63,207 bases of DNA, filler included, from Octopus bimaculoides (GCF_001194135.2; 5 parts of 4 records of this genome joined end to end with filler, not necessarily neighbours in it), one strand, 5' to 3'; counted from the first letter of the whole stretch, positions 13,653-25,679 are shown. Made by a program: numbers and translations. Notes: generated by a model not told the origin, from the sequence alone.

Positions 13653-14200
13653 TTACTCAAAGCAGCCACCCTCAGCTTCCATCAAGACCTCAAGACAGCT
13701 CCAGAACTTGGTGTGTGCGTTCTTTACTAGGTCCCTAAGAATATCTTCGAACATCCCTATGATTATGACTACCAGATCGATCTTTGTGTCGCAAGCAGAG
13801 AAGTTGTAGACTTTCTCAATCGCGCCCCACGCATAGTAATCCATAGGATTACAACCGCGACATTTAGGAGTCCCGAAATTGGAGCTGATGAGTTCGTAGA
13901 AATTCTCTGACAATTACTTCTGACTCTTCCCGGCGGTATGGCAAGGAACCGAATCCTATTGTACACACATATGACATTCCAGCAGCAAACCTCTCCAGCC
14001 AGGGATTGACCAGTCACCAACAGCTTTACATAGCCATCTGAATTAAGACTAAGGACCAATTCAAAGATGTATGGATGAATTCCAGCATGTGGATGCAGAC
14101 AAAATGTCTGCTGTCTCTTCCTACTGACCATGGCGTAATAGGCGCCGTTGCAGTTGTCCATGTCACGTCCTACAGCCTTTACAATGTTAACAGATCATTG
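13653..14200 (-). mobile_element. Decayed Tc1/mariner-superfamily transposase, C-terminal half
   Basis: Minus translation ..LSLNSDGYVKLL..MSENFYELISSNFGTPKCRGCNPMDYYAWGAIEK..FWSCLEVLMEAEGGCFE* matches the WPPxSPDxNPxDYxxW..CxxFxxRLExVxxAxGGxFE terminus. It contains frameshifts. Confidence 0.85.
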
Positions 14201-14289
14201 AGTAGTAGTTATGATGCCGGCATTTTGGAACCTGTTGCAAATCATCATGATACAAAGTAACTCTTCTCTAATATTCAGATGGCTTGCTA

Positions 14290-14500
14290 AGGCGGCGTGC
14301 TGGCAGAAACAGTAGCACGCGAGGCGAAATGCTTAGCGGCATTTCGTCTTTCTTTACGTTCTGAGTCCATATTCCGCTGAAGTCGACTTTGCCTTTCATC
14401 ATTTCGGGGTCGAGATAATAAGTACCAGTTGAGTTTCGCGATCGATGTAATCGACTCTCTCCCTCACCCAAATTTCAGGCCTTGTGTTTATAGTAGGAAA
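14290..14500 (+). mobile_element. tRNA-derived SINE, family A
   Basis: GCTGGCAGAAACAGTAGCACGC..GTCGACTTTGCCTTTCATC..GGGGTCGA..AAGTACCAG. Confidence 0.9.
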
Positions 14501-14609
14501 GATTATTATTATTGTTTTACTGCTCAGAACGCTCGGTCTTGTTTGTTTTGATAGATTATGTGAGAGCGGAAAGCAGCCTGCTGTCAGAGGTCTCACAGGT
14601 TCTCTTTCC

Positions 14610-14723
<114 letters not shown>

Positions 14724-14875
14724 AGGCAGCATTCCGTCCGTTTTTACGTTCTAAGTTCAAATTCCGCAAAGGTCGACTTTGCTTTTCATTTTTCGAGGTC
14801 AATAAACTAAGCAAATTTCAGGCCTTACGCCTTTAGTAAGATAAGATTATTATTATTATCATTATTATCATTATT

Positions 14876-15383
14876 GTGTGAGAGAGCAGTGCATGCCATC
14901 AAAGTGACACGAGGGTAAAATATTCGAAGCCCATTATACCCATCATGATTACCCGTCTGATAAGGGTACACCAGGCACATGCATCACAACCATATGTGCG
15001 TGACATGGTGATTTCATATCAAGATAAACAGCGCATGAACTCGCAGGTGGGGCCCAGTTAGAATTTTCTTCAGGTCGAGTAGCCCACCACGCTCAAAAGG
15101 TCCCTGAATAAGGTTTGATTAAGGATGTTGAGCTAAACACCCATGTTTCCAAAGGTGAATTATTCAAACCCCAAAGAATTCCTCTCAACACATGGCTATG
15201 ATGCTCCCCCACTACTTCTGCGCATGATCAGAGATGCACATATCGTCAGCCATCAAGGGACATGGTCAACTGGTTAAGGTCAAACAACTGACAAGCAAAT
15301 CTGTGGTATTAAGCAGAATATTTGCTGTAGCCCATCTTTTATACCAAGACAAAACAATGTACATGATAACATTTGCAATCAAT
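14876..15383. mobile_element. ~510-bp unclassified non-coding interspersed element embedded between (ATT)n tracts
   Basis: GC-richer unique segment with no ORF and TG..CA ends. It is followed by a 47-bp tandem array and (ATT)n on the right, with ATT/ATC repeats on the left. Class unknown. Confidence 0.45.
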
Positions 15384-15571
15384 TAAGATCAGAAGCCATG
15401 AGAGCCACTGCCTGGTCCTGCATCTGGGCATAAGACCAGAAGCCTTGAGAGCCACTGCCTGGTACTGCATCCGGGCATAAGACCAGAAGCCACGAGAGCC
15501 ACTGCCTGGTACTGCATCCGGGCATAAGATCAGAAGCCATGGGAGCCACTACCTGGTACTGCATCCGGGCA
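15384..15571. repeat. Four tandem copies of a 47-bp unit
   Basis: The unit TAAG-A(C/T)CAGAAGCCAYGAGAGCCACTGCCTGGTACTGCATCCGGGCA has its A(C/T)CAG core at 15388, 15435, 15482 and 15529. Confidence 0.95.
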
Positions 15572-15574
15572 TTT

Positions 15575-15750
<176 letters not shown>

Positions 15751-16054
15751 TATGGCCGTCAGCCTGTGAAGTCATACAAGTTGTAACTCCGTAACTTGTA
15801 AGTGTTAATCAAGCATTTTGGCTGGTTGTATCCCGTTCATTCAAAATTTTATTTAATACGTGTTTGGCTTGTATTGTGTGGATCGTGGTGGTAACATTTT
15901 GTCTAATTGCACTCCCTTTTTAGGGTGTGTAATAATTGTTTTACGTTTTTTGCACTTTTGTGAAGACAAGATTTTATTCACTTCTCCAGTTTGAAAAAAA
16001 AAAAAACGTCGGAATACGAAAAAATAATAATAATCGACCGAGAGCAGCGTTCTG

Positions 16055-17743
16055 TTGACTCAGTTGTATCTTCGAACACAAACAGCTGCATGTGAAATTC
16101 ATTTCTCGCCAAAGGGAAATATAATTTCCTTTTGTTGCTGTGACAGCAGTAACAAGTGCAAAAGTTTCAGCAGCAACGAAAATGACGACGACGATGACGA
16201 CTACAGCAGCAGGAACAATGTGAACAGCGGCAACAGAAGCACCACCTCCTCTGCAATAGCAGAAACAGCAACAATAACAACAACTGTATCAGCAACTAAG
16301 ATGAACAAGATCGAAAACAAGAGAAGTAACATCAAGATTGAAAACAACAACAATGGTAACTGTGTGGAAAATAATAACAACAACGACGTCGACAACAACT
16401 ATAACAGCAGCAGCAGCAGTGACAACAGCAATAATAACATAATGAGCCTCAACAAAGTTAATTCCTTTTCTGAAGCTGTTAGCATTTGGACTAGTTTTTC
16501 AGTGGATGACTTGAAAAATAAGGCACTGAAATACAAGAGTGATATTATGAAACCATGTGTTATGTGCCTTAGTGAGAAAAAGGTAAAAAACCTCTGAAAG
16601 ACGAACAATTGTTTGTAAATGTGTTTCTCGCAAGGAGAGGTAATTTAAATTTCCTACTCTGGCAGAGACCGAGAAATTCCTCGATATGTGTCCCTCAGTG
16701 CTACACATACAAAAAGGTAAACAGTATGGGATGATAGCTGCTATATGCAGCAGTGAGCAAGAAGCCAGAAGAATGGCTACTAAAACTTGCACGCCCCTGG
16801 CTTTTGTAATGATTAACCATTACATGGGTAAAAAGGTTGACTGGAATTCGAGTCAAGAACGTACCGGGTCACCGTGATCCGTCGAAGGTTTTAGTTATTC
16901 TGCAGGAACATGGTGAAATTGTAGGTGAAATCCACCCCACAGCTCAACAGGACTGGAATTCTTATGGAATTCCAGATACTAGTTTCTCCAGAGAAAATCA
17001 ATCGCATTCCCGATTTTTTGTTTCGAGGGATTCGAACAGATGCCAGTTTCTAAAGAAGGAAAAAAAAGTGTTTTGTGTGTGGGAATTCGAACCACCTTTT
17101 GCCCCGCGGTGGATAAAGCACGAAGCTCTCCACCGTTACTACCAACTCTTCAAGGTGGTGACAAATCTATTACTTCGCATCTACTTCCTTCCTCCGACTC
17201 ACGCCTCGCAAAACAACGTCCTCACTGACATCGCACCAAAAGGCCTTTGTCGGAAATAAAAGAAAAACTGAATATGAACCAGAGACCGGCCCAAATTGAA
17301 GGCCCTAAGACATGACGGTAAAAAGCAAAATCTGTCACATCTTCATCACGAGACAACCCATTTTTACAAACACATTCACAACCACAAAAGCACGAAAACA
17401 AAAAGAAAAAGACAAAATGACCAACAGTCACACTCTCGGGTGCGTACTTCCTTCATCAACTTCATTGTTGTTCAGATGAGCAGCATTGAATTGGTTGGGG
17501 AAGTAGTTAATAACAAAAACATTACAACGAGAGTAGAAGGTTTTAAGGAACAACTCCTGAAGACTCCACCGGACAAGATGTTAATCCAAATAGATACGGA
17601 TACGTATTTTGATTTGAAACAGAAATTCCTCCAGATCATTTGGAAGGTTTAGTAAGTACTCCCACAAAAAAACGCTTCTTTGAAAAACCCTTCCCCTCCC
17701 CACTCGACCAAAAAGAAGGCTGTGTCAACAGTCATCCCTGAAG
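16055..17743 (+). mobile_element. Decayed L1/Tx1-like LINE ORF1 (gag-like: low-complexity N-terminus, RRM-like region, CCHC knuckle), running into a gap
   Basis: Frameshifted pieces join as ..FKFPTLAETEKFLDMCPSVLHIQKGKQYGMI..HYMGKKV / GIRVKNVPGHRDPSKVLVILQEHGEIVGEI.. / RIPDFLFRGIRTDASF*RRKKKCFVCGNSNHLLPRG. The Cx2Cx4Hx4[C>G] motif is at 17069-17110. Confidence 0.7.
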
Positions 17744-18545
17744 NNNNNNNNNNNNNNNNNNNNNNNNNNNNNNNNNNNNNNNNNNNNNNNNNNNNNNNNN
17801 NNNNNNNNNNNNNNNNNNNNNNNNNNNNNNNNNNNNNNNNNNNNNNNNNNNNNNNNNNNNNNNNNNNNNNNNNNNNNNNNNNNNNNNNNNNNNNNNNNNN
17901 NNNNNNNNNNNNNNNNNNNNNNNNNNNNNNNNNNNNNNNNNNNNNNNNNNNNNNNNNNNNNNNNNNNNNNNNNNNNNNNNNNNNNNNNNNNNNNNNNNNN
18001 NNNNNNNNNNNNNNNNNNNNNNNNNNNNNNNNNNNNNNNNNNNNNNNNNNNNNNNNNNNNNNNNNNNNNNNNNNNNNNNNNNNNNNNNNNNNNNNNNNNN
18101 NNNNNNNNNNNNNNNNNNNNNNNNNNNNNNNNNNNNNNNNNNNNNNNNNNNNNNNNNNNNNNNNNNNNNNNNNNNNNNNNNNNNNNNNNNNNNNNNNNNN
18201 NNNNNNNNNNNNNNNNNNNNNNNNNNNNNNNNNNNNNNNNNNNNNNNNNNNNNNNNNNNNNNNNNNNNNNNNNNNNNNNNNNNNNNNNNNNNNNNNNNNN
18301 NNNNNNNNNNNNNNNNNNNNNNNNNNNNNNNNNNNNNNNNNNNNNNNNNNNNNNNNNNNNNNNNNNNNNNNNNNNNNNNNNNNNNNNNNNNNNNNNNNNN
18401 NNNNNNNNNNNNNNNNNNNNNNNNNNNNNNNNNNNNNNNNNNNNNNNNNNNNNNNNNNNNNNNNNNNNNNNNNNNNNNNNNNNNNNNNNNNNNNNNNNNN
18501 NNNNNNNNNNNNNCAGTAGACTAATATAAGAGTGACAGGAAAAAT

Positions 18546-18599
<54 letters not shown>

Positions 18600-19354
18600 T
18601 ATGTATACTAGTCAGTGTAGAGGTGGCGAAAGAAGTGGAAGAGTGAAATGAGAATAAGTATAAAATGAGAAAAAGTGATAACAAATAAAATGGAATAAAA
18701 TATAAATATATGAAAAGAATGAGATAAAAATAGATTTAAAACAGGAAAAATTGTAATCAAAATAAATAAATGAAAAGTCAATAAAAGAAAAGTCAAATTA
18801 ATTATTGTTAACTACTGGTCAAATAACGGTACTCTCTCCTTCACTTTCTCTCTATGTATATGTGTGTGTGTGCGTGTGTGTGCATGCATAATTTACACAC
18901 ACACACACACATCCCCACGCGCACACACCTATATAATTACAGGCATGTCCATGAACATACACACACACACATATATATATATGTGTGCATCTATAAATAT
19001 ATATATATATATATAACACGCCCTTCTAGATGTATAAATGTAGATGATAATGCTTTTATGTGTATATTTAGTGAATTCTAGAAGAGGGTGTGGTATAAAT
19101 AGCAATCTAATTATAGTTTACGTGTGTGTTTATATATATATATACATATATATATATGCATATATATATAGAGAGAAAGAGAAAAAGAGGGGGAGAGTTG
19201 TGTGTATAAGCTATACATACATATATGAATATAGAAATGTACATGCATGTATGTATATATTATGCGTATATAGAAGTGTAGAAAGTAAACAAGGGCACTG
19301 AATATGTCATGTAAAATATGTAAGCGTGTGTTTGTGTGTTTGTTTGTTTGTTTG

Positions 19355-19406
<52 letters not shown>

Positions 19407-19569
19407 TGTGTGCGCGTGAGTTTGTGTATGTATTTGTGTGTGTGTGTGTATGTCTGTGTGTGTGTATACTCATAAGCACAAACGACAATAATCCAACTGT
19501 TCATAACACAGTAAATAGTTTCAATTCTGTACAAGACACTAAACCAAATAAGCCAAAGACAAAATGACA

Positions 19570-21007
19570 GAAACGTCTAACGTTAATCTTGACCAGCAGA
19601 ATGTCATAAAGGAGTTAGAACCAGCAGAGAGCTAAAATACCTAGGTGTATTTGAAGGGGACGGAATTAAACATTCAGTGATGAGGGAAAGGATCAGAAAT
19701 GAATGTTATCGCAGGGTAAGGACAATACTCAAGGCAGAGGTGAATGCAAGAAACAGGATCGACGCGATCAATACTTTAGCTATTCCAGTCGTGACTTACA
19801 GTTTCAATATCATTAACTGGTCAATTACTGAAATATGTAATCTTGACAAAAAAATACGAAAATTGTTGACAATGCATAGAATGCACCACCCTAAGGCAGA
19901 TATAGAACAACTTTACTTGCCAAGAAAAGATGGTGGCCGTGGACTTTTACAACTGGAATTAACAATGAATTTTGCCACAATTGGCCTAGATACCTACCTG
20001 AAAAACTGTAATGATTGGATGTTAAAACTTATCTTAAAGCATGAAAACGAGAAAGCATGACACTCAGTAACAAAACAAGCAAAGAAATATCTAAGTGAAT
20101 TCCAAATTCAGCATATCCCAGAATTAGATGTACTAGAAACAAACAGAAAACCCGTGCTAAAACTGCTGCCTTAAATATACTTACTGATAAATGGCAAGAA
20201 AAACCTCTCAATGGCGAATACCCAAAGAGACTTAATAGTGCCGATGTTGATAAAGCCCTCAGCCATCAATGGTTAGTGTCTTTTGGCTTAAAATCAGAAA
20301 CAGGAAGGGTTTACCATAGCAGCCCAAGATCAATGCCTAGCTACAGGAAGCTACCAGGCCAACATATTAAAGAACGGCAATAGCCCAACATGTCATGTTG
20401 TCTCCATGTGCAGTCTTCTTGCACCTACAAAGTATCTCAACAGGAATGACAGAGCAGCACAATATATTCACTGGGTAATTTGCAAACACCTGGACCTGCC
20501 CCATGATAAAAAAACTGGTAGGAAAACAAACCACCTCCAGTTTTTGAAAATGATTACATCTCACTCCTCAGGAACTTCACCGTTCAAACTGACAGAAAGA
20601 TTGATAGAAATAGGCGAGACATTATATTGGAAAGACTTCAGACAAAAATCTTGCCTCTTCATTGATCTGACTGCCCCAATCGACCTACCAAAAACTGAGT
20701 AAGTATAAAGATTTTGAAATAGAAATTGACAAAATGTGTAACCTCAAGACTNNNNNNNNNNNNNNNNNNNNNNTCAAAAGATAGTGCTCATGAGAACTGC
20801 CCATATCCTACGTAAAATACTGTCTATGTAATCTCAAATTTTAAAGAAAACTCATAATTTTCTTGTTTTCTTAAGCATTCTCCAGAACACGTGTATGTGC
20901 AAAACCAAATATATGACATCCTAGGCATAACACTAACATGAACTTCTCTTGAGGTCTCTGGGTGAGACTTGGAGTCAACTCGTAGAAATACAAAGCAAAA
21001 GTCAAAC

Positions 21008-21064
<57 letters not shown>
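19570..21064 (+). mobile_element. 5'-truncated R4/Dong-clade non-LTR retrotransposon (RT C-terminus, CCHC/REL region, 3'UTR, (TAA)n tail), inactivated
   Basis: KYLGV; RERIRNECYRRVRTILKAEVNARNRIDAINTLAIPVVTYSFNIINW; LYLPRKDGGRGLLQLE; GLKSET..AAQDQ; RNDRAAQYIHW; terminal TAHILRKILSM* (TAA at 20829-20831). Tail at 21010-21064. Multiple stops and frameshifts. Confidence 0.9.
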
Positions 21065-21066
<2 letters not shown>

Positions 21067-21119
21067 TTGACCAATCTACCCCAATCTGTAACCTCTCCCT
21101 AGACTGTATTACTTATTCC

Positions 21120-21570
21120 ATTCTGGAGAATCGTACCCGAAATCCACTGCAGTGCAACTGCCGCCCTGAGACAATTTGCCCTCTACAAACCGTTGCAGAA
21201 GGTCTAACGTAATTTACACATGCACCGTCCTCAACTTGCTACATAATTCTACAACCATATATATAGAGTCAACTATAAATTTTAAACAGTGATACGCTGC
21301 GTATTTCTTTTAGATATGAGAAAGAGTAAATCCACAACACCCGCCAGCCACATACATCATCTCAAAAATAGGAGTATTCTATATAACTTATCATGGTCCA
21401 TAATAGATTCAAGGCTTCCAGACCAAGGTTAATGCTCTACATGTAAGCTATGCTTAAAAGAGGTTTTCCACATATTAAAGCACAACTCTTCAATACTACT
21501 AAATAAGTATAATGAGGTCCTAGGTACATGCAACCACCACTTTTTTCATACCTTCAAATTTTACTACAGA
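21120..21570 (+). mobile_element. Penelope-like element GIY-YIG endonuclease domain, decayed (Naiad-type motifs)
   Basis: CNCRPETICPL / NRCRRSNVIYTCTV..YIESTINFKQ*Y..HIHHLKNRSILYNLSWSII..CSTCKLCLKEVFHIL..LL / NKYNEVLGTCNH follows the CNCR-CPLxGxC-xxIY-YIG-FKxRY-WxI-CxLCLxE-LNKRxExxxxCxH pattern. Confidence 0.8.
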
Positions 21571-21851
21571 TCTAAATGTAGCCTAAATCACCGCACAGTA
21601 CATATACCGAACACCCCTTGAGTAATCTCCAACAATCTAATTTAACTTTTCAATGTCTTAATTTTTTGACTCTTCAATTGTTTAATAATACATAGATAAG
21701 GATATAAGTATATATATATATATATATATNNNNNNNNNNNNNNNNNNNNNNNNNNNNNNNNNNNNNNNNNNNNTTAATTAATTAANNNNNNNNNNNNNNN
21801 NNNNNNNNNNNNNNNNNNNNNNNNNNNNNACACGAAAGGAGAGAGAGAGAG

Positions 21852-22180
21852 TTACTTACTGTCCGAAAGTTCTTGGTTCTTCGCCTCACAGTCTTCTCTC
21901 AGAAGGTCTTTGTACAGTTTTTTAGATGAATATTTCTGGAATCTCCCTACTGCATCCGGGTAGAGAGATTTCAGTGTATTGTATGTGCTACGTGTTACGT
22001 GTATGATTTTGATGTGTTGTGGTGGTGTTGTGCGTGGGTGATTGCTTGTTTTCGTGTCATTTTCTGTTATGTTAGTGTTTGACCTAATGAATTTCATTAG
22101 GTCTGGATTGTTTGTGTTTATCGCTGTCAACATTGTTGTGGGGTTCTGTGTTGGTGCGTTTGAGCTGGTGTTTTTGTTTT
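21852..22180 (-). other. ~109-codon open frame of unknown identity (probable retroelement ORF fragment or terminal exon)
   Basis: Open from 22180 to the stop at 21852 (ENKNTSSNAPTQNPTTMLTAINTNNPDLMKFIRS..KKLYKDLLREDCEAKNQELSDSK*). It has an A/C-rich coding strand and is preceded by ..CACATCCACAG. No family recognised. Confidence 0.3.
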
Positions 22181-22191
22181 CTGTGGATGTG

Positions 22192-22235
<44 letters not shown>

Positions 22236-23474
22236 TCAATTTGAAATTTGTATTTTTTATGTCGTAAAATTAACGATAGAAGAACATACAAAACATATGC
22301 TTTTCTCCTGCCTGTTTTAACTAAAGAATATATACCAACTTTTGGAGTGTAGCAAACAAACAGAATGGATTGTTCAAAGCCATGACTTGGAAGAAAACGA
22401 ACTCGGAAGTGGGAGCGAATGTGTGAATGCCTGTTTTCTGAAACAAATCACCTTATCACACCTTTCCCTTTTAAAACTGAAATACGCATTGACAAATATA
22501 CTCAGATCAGCTTGATCAGAACTCACCTGATAGTTATATATATAACAACCACAACAATAACAACAAATGCATTCATAAGTAAAACGAGGAACAGCTGCAG
22601 CCCAAAAACTTTCAATCAAAACCTAAAAATAAATATGGTATGTTGTTATCTGTACTTTTCGTTTTGGGTCCACAAGTAGCCTGGATCCTTTTTAAAATAT
22701 GCAGCCCTGTACTCGATAAATAAAATACGAGTAATTATAGCTGTGTAATCTCAAGTCATCTCAGATCGGACAGATATGTGATGAAAGGTAATTAAACCTT
22801 GACCGAACACACTGGTGAAAATAACTCCTACCATATTATATTTTCTAATAAGTTTTATTCTCTCAAGAGCAACCGGCACCCAGTACAAATGAATCCCCCC
22901 CATGGTTGATCTATTATAATACCCAAGCTCAATTCATATTAAACACGCTGAAGTGTTGCTATGAATGCCTGTGAAATCAAATAATGAATCTTATTGCAGC
23001 GTGGCGACAGGATGTTTTCAGATATTTTGGTTTCGCTTTCAGAATATGTATTCAAAAACATATATGAATACTTGGTGGATCTCGGTCGTTCGATGACATG
23101 TGTTCAGTTGTTAAGATCAACTCAAATAACATGCGCATGTCTGAACATTCCATAGGCTCGTGTTTCCTTCAGATAAATTCAGCGTGATACGATTTATGAG
23201 AAGGGTTTACCTTCTTAAATTGCTGGTACTGTCCACACGATAGAATTTCATTTTCAGTCACAAAATATGAGGAAATCTATAGCGATAAAAAAAAAGGCAT
23301 TCGTTGAAGACGCTATGTAGAGGGGAAAAAAGTTGGGGCGTCATCGTTGCAAAGAGAACACTAGGCCATTTGTGGCCACGCTGTGCCGACTGGTATATAT
23401 ATGTATCCGTGTCTTGGTTTCTGTTTACCACTTTGGAATCCTCGGCATAGCAGGTTTTATTAAATTTGCTTTGC

Positions 23475-23600
23475 GGGAAGAGCTATTCTACGAGCAGGTT
23501 CTACCTCATCTTCGAAACGCCTAGTTTAGAATAGAGGCAGCTGATGAAGGAAAAGTTCCATATCTGGCTTGTCTGTTTTCCTATGTGTTCATTCTGTTGT
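23475..23600 (+). ncRNA. Structured repeat motif, copy 1 (crossed stems, GAAA box, CUGAUGA box)
   Basis: Homologous to 49030-49140. Stems GAAGA/TCTTC (23477-81/23509-13) and CTATTCTA/TAGAATAG (23483-90/23527-34). CTGATGA at 23541-47. Confidence 0.4.
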
Positions 23601-23763
23601 CCGTAAAAAAAAGTTCGTTTTTTTTAATGCTTTGTTTATGTTCCCGTTCCCCTTTATTTTGTCCACGTTTTTTTGTCGTCCTGCACGCGGATATGCATCT
23701 ATATATACATTTAGATGTAGGTATGTACATATATGTATGTATATATGCATATGCTCTCATATC

Positions 23764-23803
<40 letters not shown>

Positions 23804-23804
23804 T

Positions 23805-24195
23805 CTTTTACTCTTTTACTTGTTTCAGTCATTTGACTGCGGCCATGCTGGAGCACCACCTTTAGTCGAGCAAATCGACCCCAGGACTTATTCATTGTAA
23901 GCCTAGTACTTATTCTATCAATCTCTTTTTCCGAAACGCTATGTTACGGGGACGTAAATACACCAGTATCGGTTGTCAAGCGATGTTGGAGGCACAAACA
24001 CAGACACACAAACACACACATATATATATATACATATACATATATACGACGGGCTTCTTTCAGTGTCCGTCTACCAAATCCACTCACACGGCTTTGGTTG
24101 GCCCGAGGCTATAGGCGAAGACACTTGCCCAAGGTGCTACGCAGTGGGACTGAACCCGGAATCATGTGGTTAGTAAGCAAGCTACATACCACACA
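23805..24195 (-). mobile_element. Full-length family B CORE-like SINE with internal (CA/TA)n
   Basis: Both halves present. The reverse complement has GGTTCAGTCCC and GCACCTTGGGCAAGTGTCTT. Confidence 0.9.
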
Positions 24196-24228
24196 AACAC
24201 TCCTACATATAGATATAGNNNNNNNNNN

Positions 24229-24272
<44 letters not shown>

Positions 24273-24844
24273 AACAGAGTGAGAAATCAACAAATATAAT
24301 TATAATTTATCGCAAGTTTTATTACATTTATTCAACATGGATGCTAAAGAGTTTGTATATCGTTCAAGATGTATATGATTTCCTAACTCGCAACACAAGT
24401 GAAAATCAAAGTATGAACAGAGAATTAATTTCGCAAGTCCATAGCTGTCAAGAAGTACGTTTTGAAATTGTATATCATATGAGATATTTCTGCTATATCT
24501 CCCTGAAATCACACACTATTGCGTCATCCAAAAGAAACACAATAAAACATATAATCGCATATTTCATCACATGGTTAAGAAATTCGCTACTAGCAGTGTG
24601 GAGGTGACCGTCACGATGCGAAGTGTCTTCAACAAGTGACTGATTATAACTGGTTGAAGTTAAGTTTAATTGGAGAGAAAGAATTTGCATAAAAGCATAA
24701 GAGCTACTTAAATATACCGCACCTGTGTCAACGCGAGTGTGTGGGGCTGTTACGCAAACGTTACGTGAATCAGTAGAACATTCAGTCACATATTAATTCA
24801 ATGAATAGATTAAAGAAAAGAAGTCTCCTAATCAAATATTGTCG

Positions 24845-24900
<56 letters not shown>

Positions 24901-24904
24901 ATAT

Positions 24905-25304
24905 ATTCTTTTATTCTTTACCTTGTTTCAGTGATTTCAATGCAGCCATACTGGAGCACCGCTTTGAAGTGTTTTAACAAATCAACCCCAGAACTAATTC
25001 TTTGTAAGCGTAGTACATATGCTATCGGTCTCTTTTGCTGAACCGCTAATTTACGGTGACGTAAACACACCAACGCCGGTTGTCAAACGGTGATGGGTCA
25101 GCAAGCACAAAGCCACACACAAAGCCATAGAAATATGCATATATATGACGGGCTTCATTCAGTTGCCGTCTACCAAATCCGTTCACAGTGCTTTGGTCGA
25201 CCAGAGGGTATAGCAGAAGAAATCTGCCCAAGATGCCACGGAGTGGAACGGAACCCGAAAACATTAGGTTGGGAAGCAAGGATCCTACCATACAGCCCCA
25301 CCGG

Positions 25305-25310
<6 letters not shown>
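24905..25310 (-). mobile_element. Full-length diverged family B SINE
   Basis: Colinear with 23805-24195. Confidence 0.85.
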
Positions 25311-25362
<52 letters not shown>

Positions 25363-25459
25363 TACATATCTACATACATATATATATATAATTACCTACA
25401 TACATATGCAGATGTGTGTAATGTATGTTTGTATGTCGATATATATATGCACACAGATG

Positions 25460-25645
25460 CAAGAGGGTAATGACGAGTTCGTGGTCTTAAGAGCATCCCG
25501 AAAGGCCTGGCTAGAGGCTCGACGGTCCGAGTACTTCTACGGGGCTTCGAAAAACTGAAGAACTGCTGCAGTAAGGGTGTGAATCTGAGAAGGGAATATT
25601 GAACCTCCAGTATTTTCTTTTTCCGGGATCTTTCGGCACCCCACG
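25460..25645 (+). mobile_element. Mariner (Mos1/SETMAR-like) transposase 3' end with right TIR
   Basis: ..AWLEARRSEYF / LRGFEKLKNCCSKGVNLRREY matches the mariner C-terminus (xGIxKLxxRWxKCVxxxGxY). The end CCGGGATCTTTCGGCACCCCACG resembles the TIR of the MITE at 27324. Confidence 0.7.
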
Positions 25646-25679
25646 GGTATGCGTGCATTTGTGTATACGTATATACTTT

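Noticed and set aside
21290-21292. In-frame TGA in the PLE endonuclease as possible selenocysteine
   Set aside because: It falls at the conserved Arg of FKxRY (CGA>TGA decay), other stops and frameshifts are present, and no SECIS was seen.
22328-23160. Possible exons (NIYQLLECSKQTEW..; RGDRMFSDILVSLSEY..)
   Set aside because: Acceptor-like sites exist, but there are no matching good donors, the frames terminate, and no family is recognised.
24275-24607. ~110-codon open + frame with a GPCR TM6-like phrase (IIAYFITWL)
   Set aside because: No other GPCR motifs or convincing splice sites. About one ORF of this length is expected by chance in a window this size (rough estimate).
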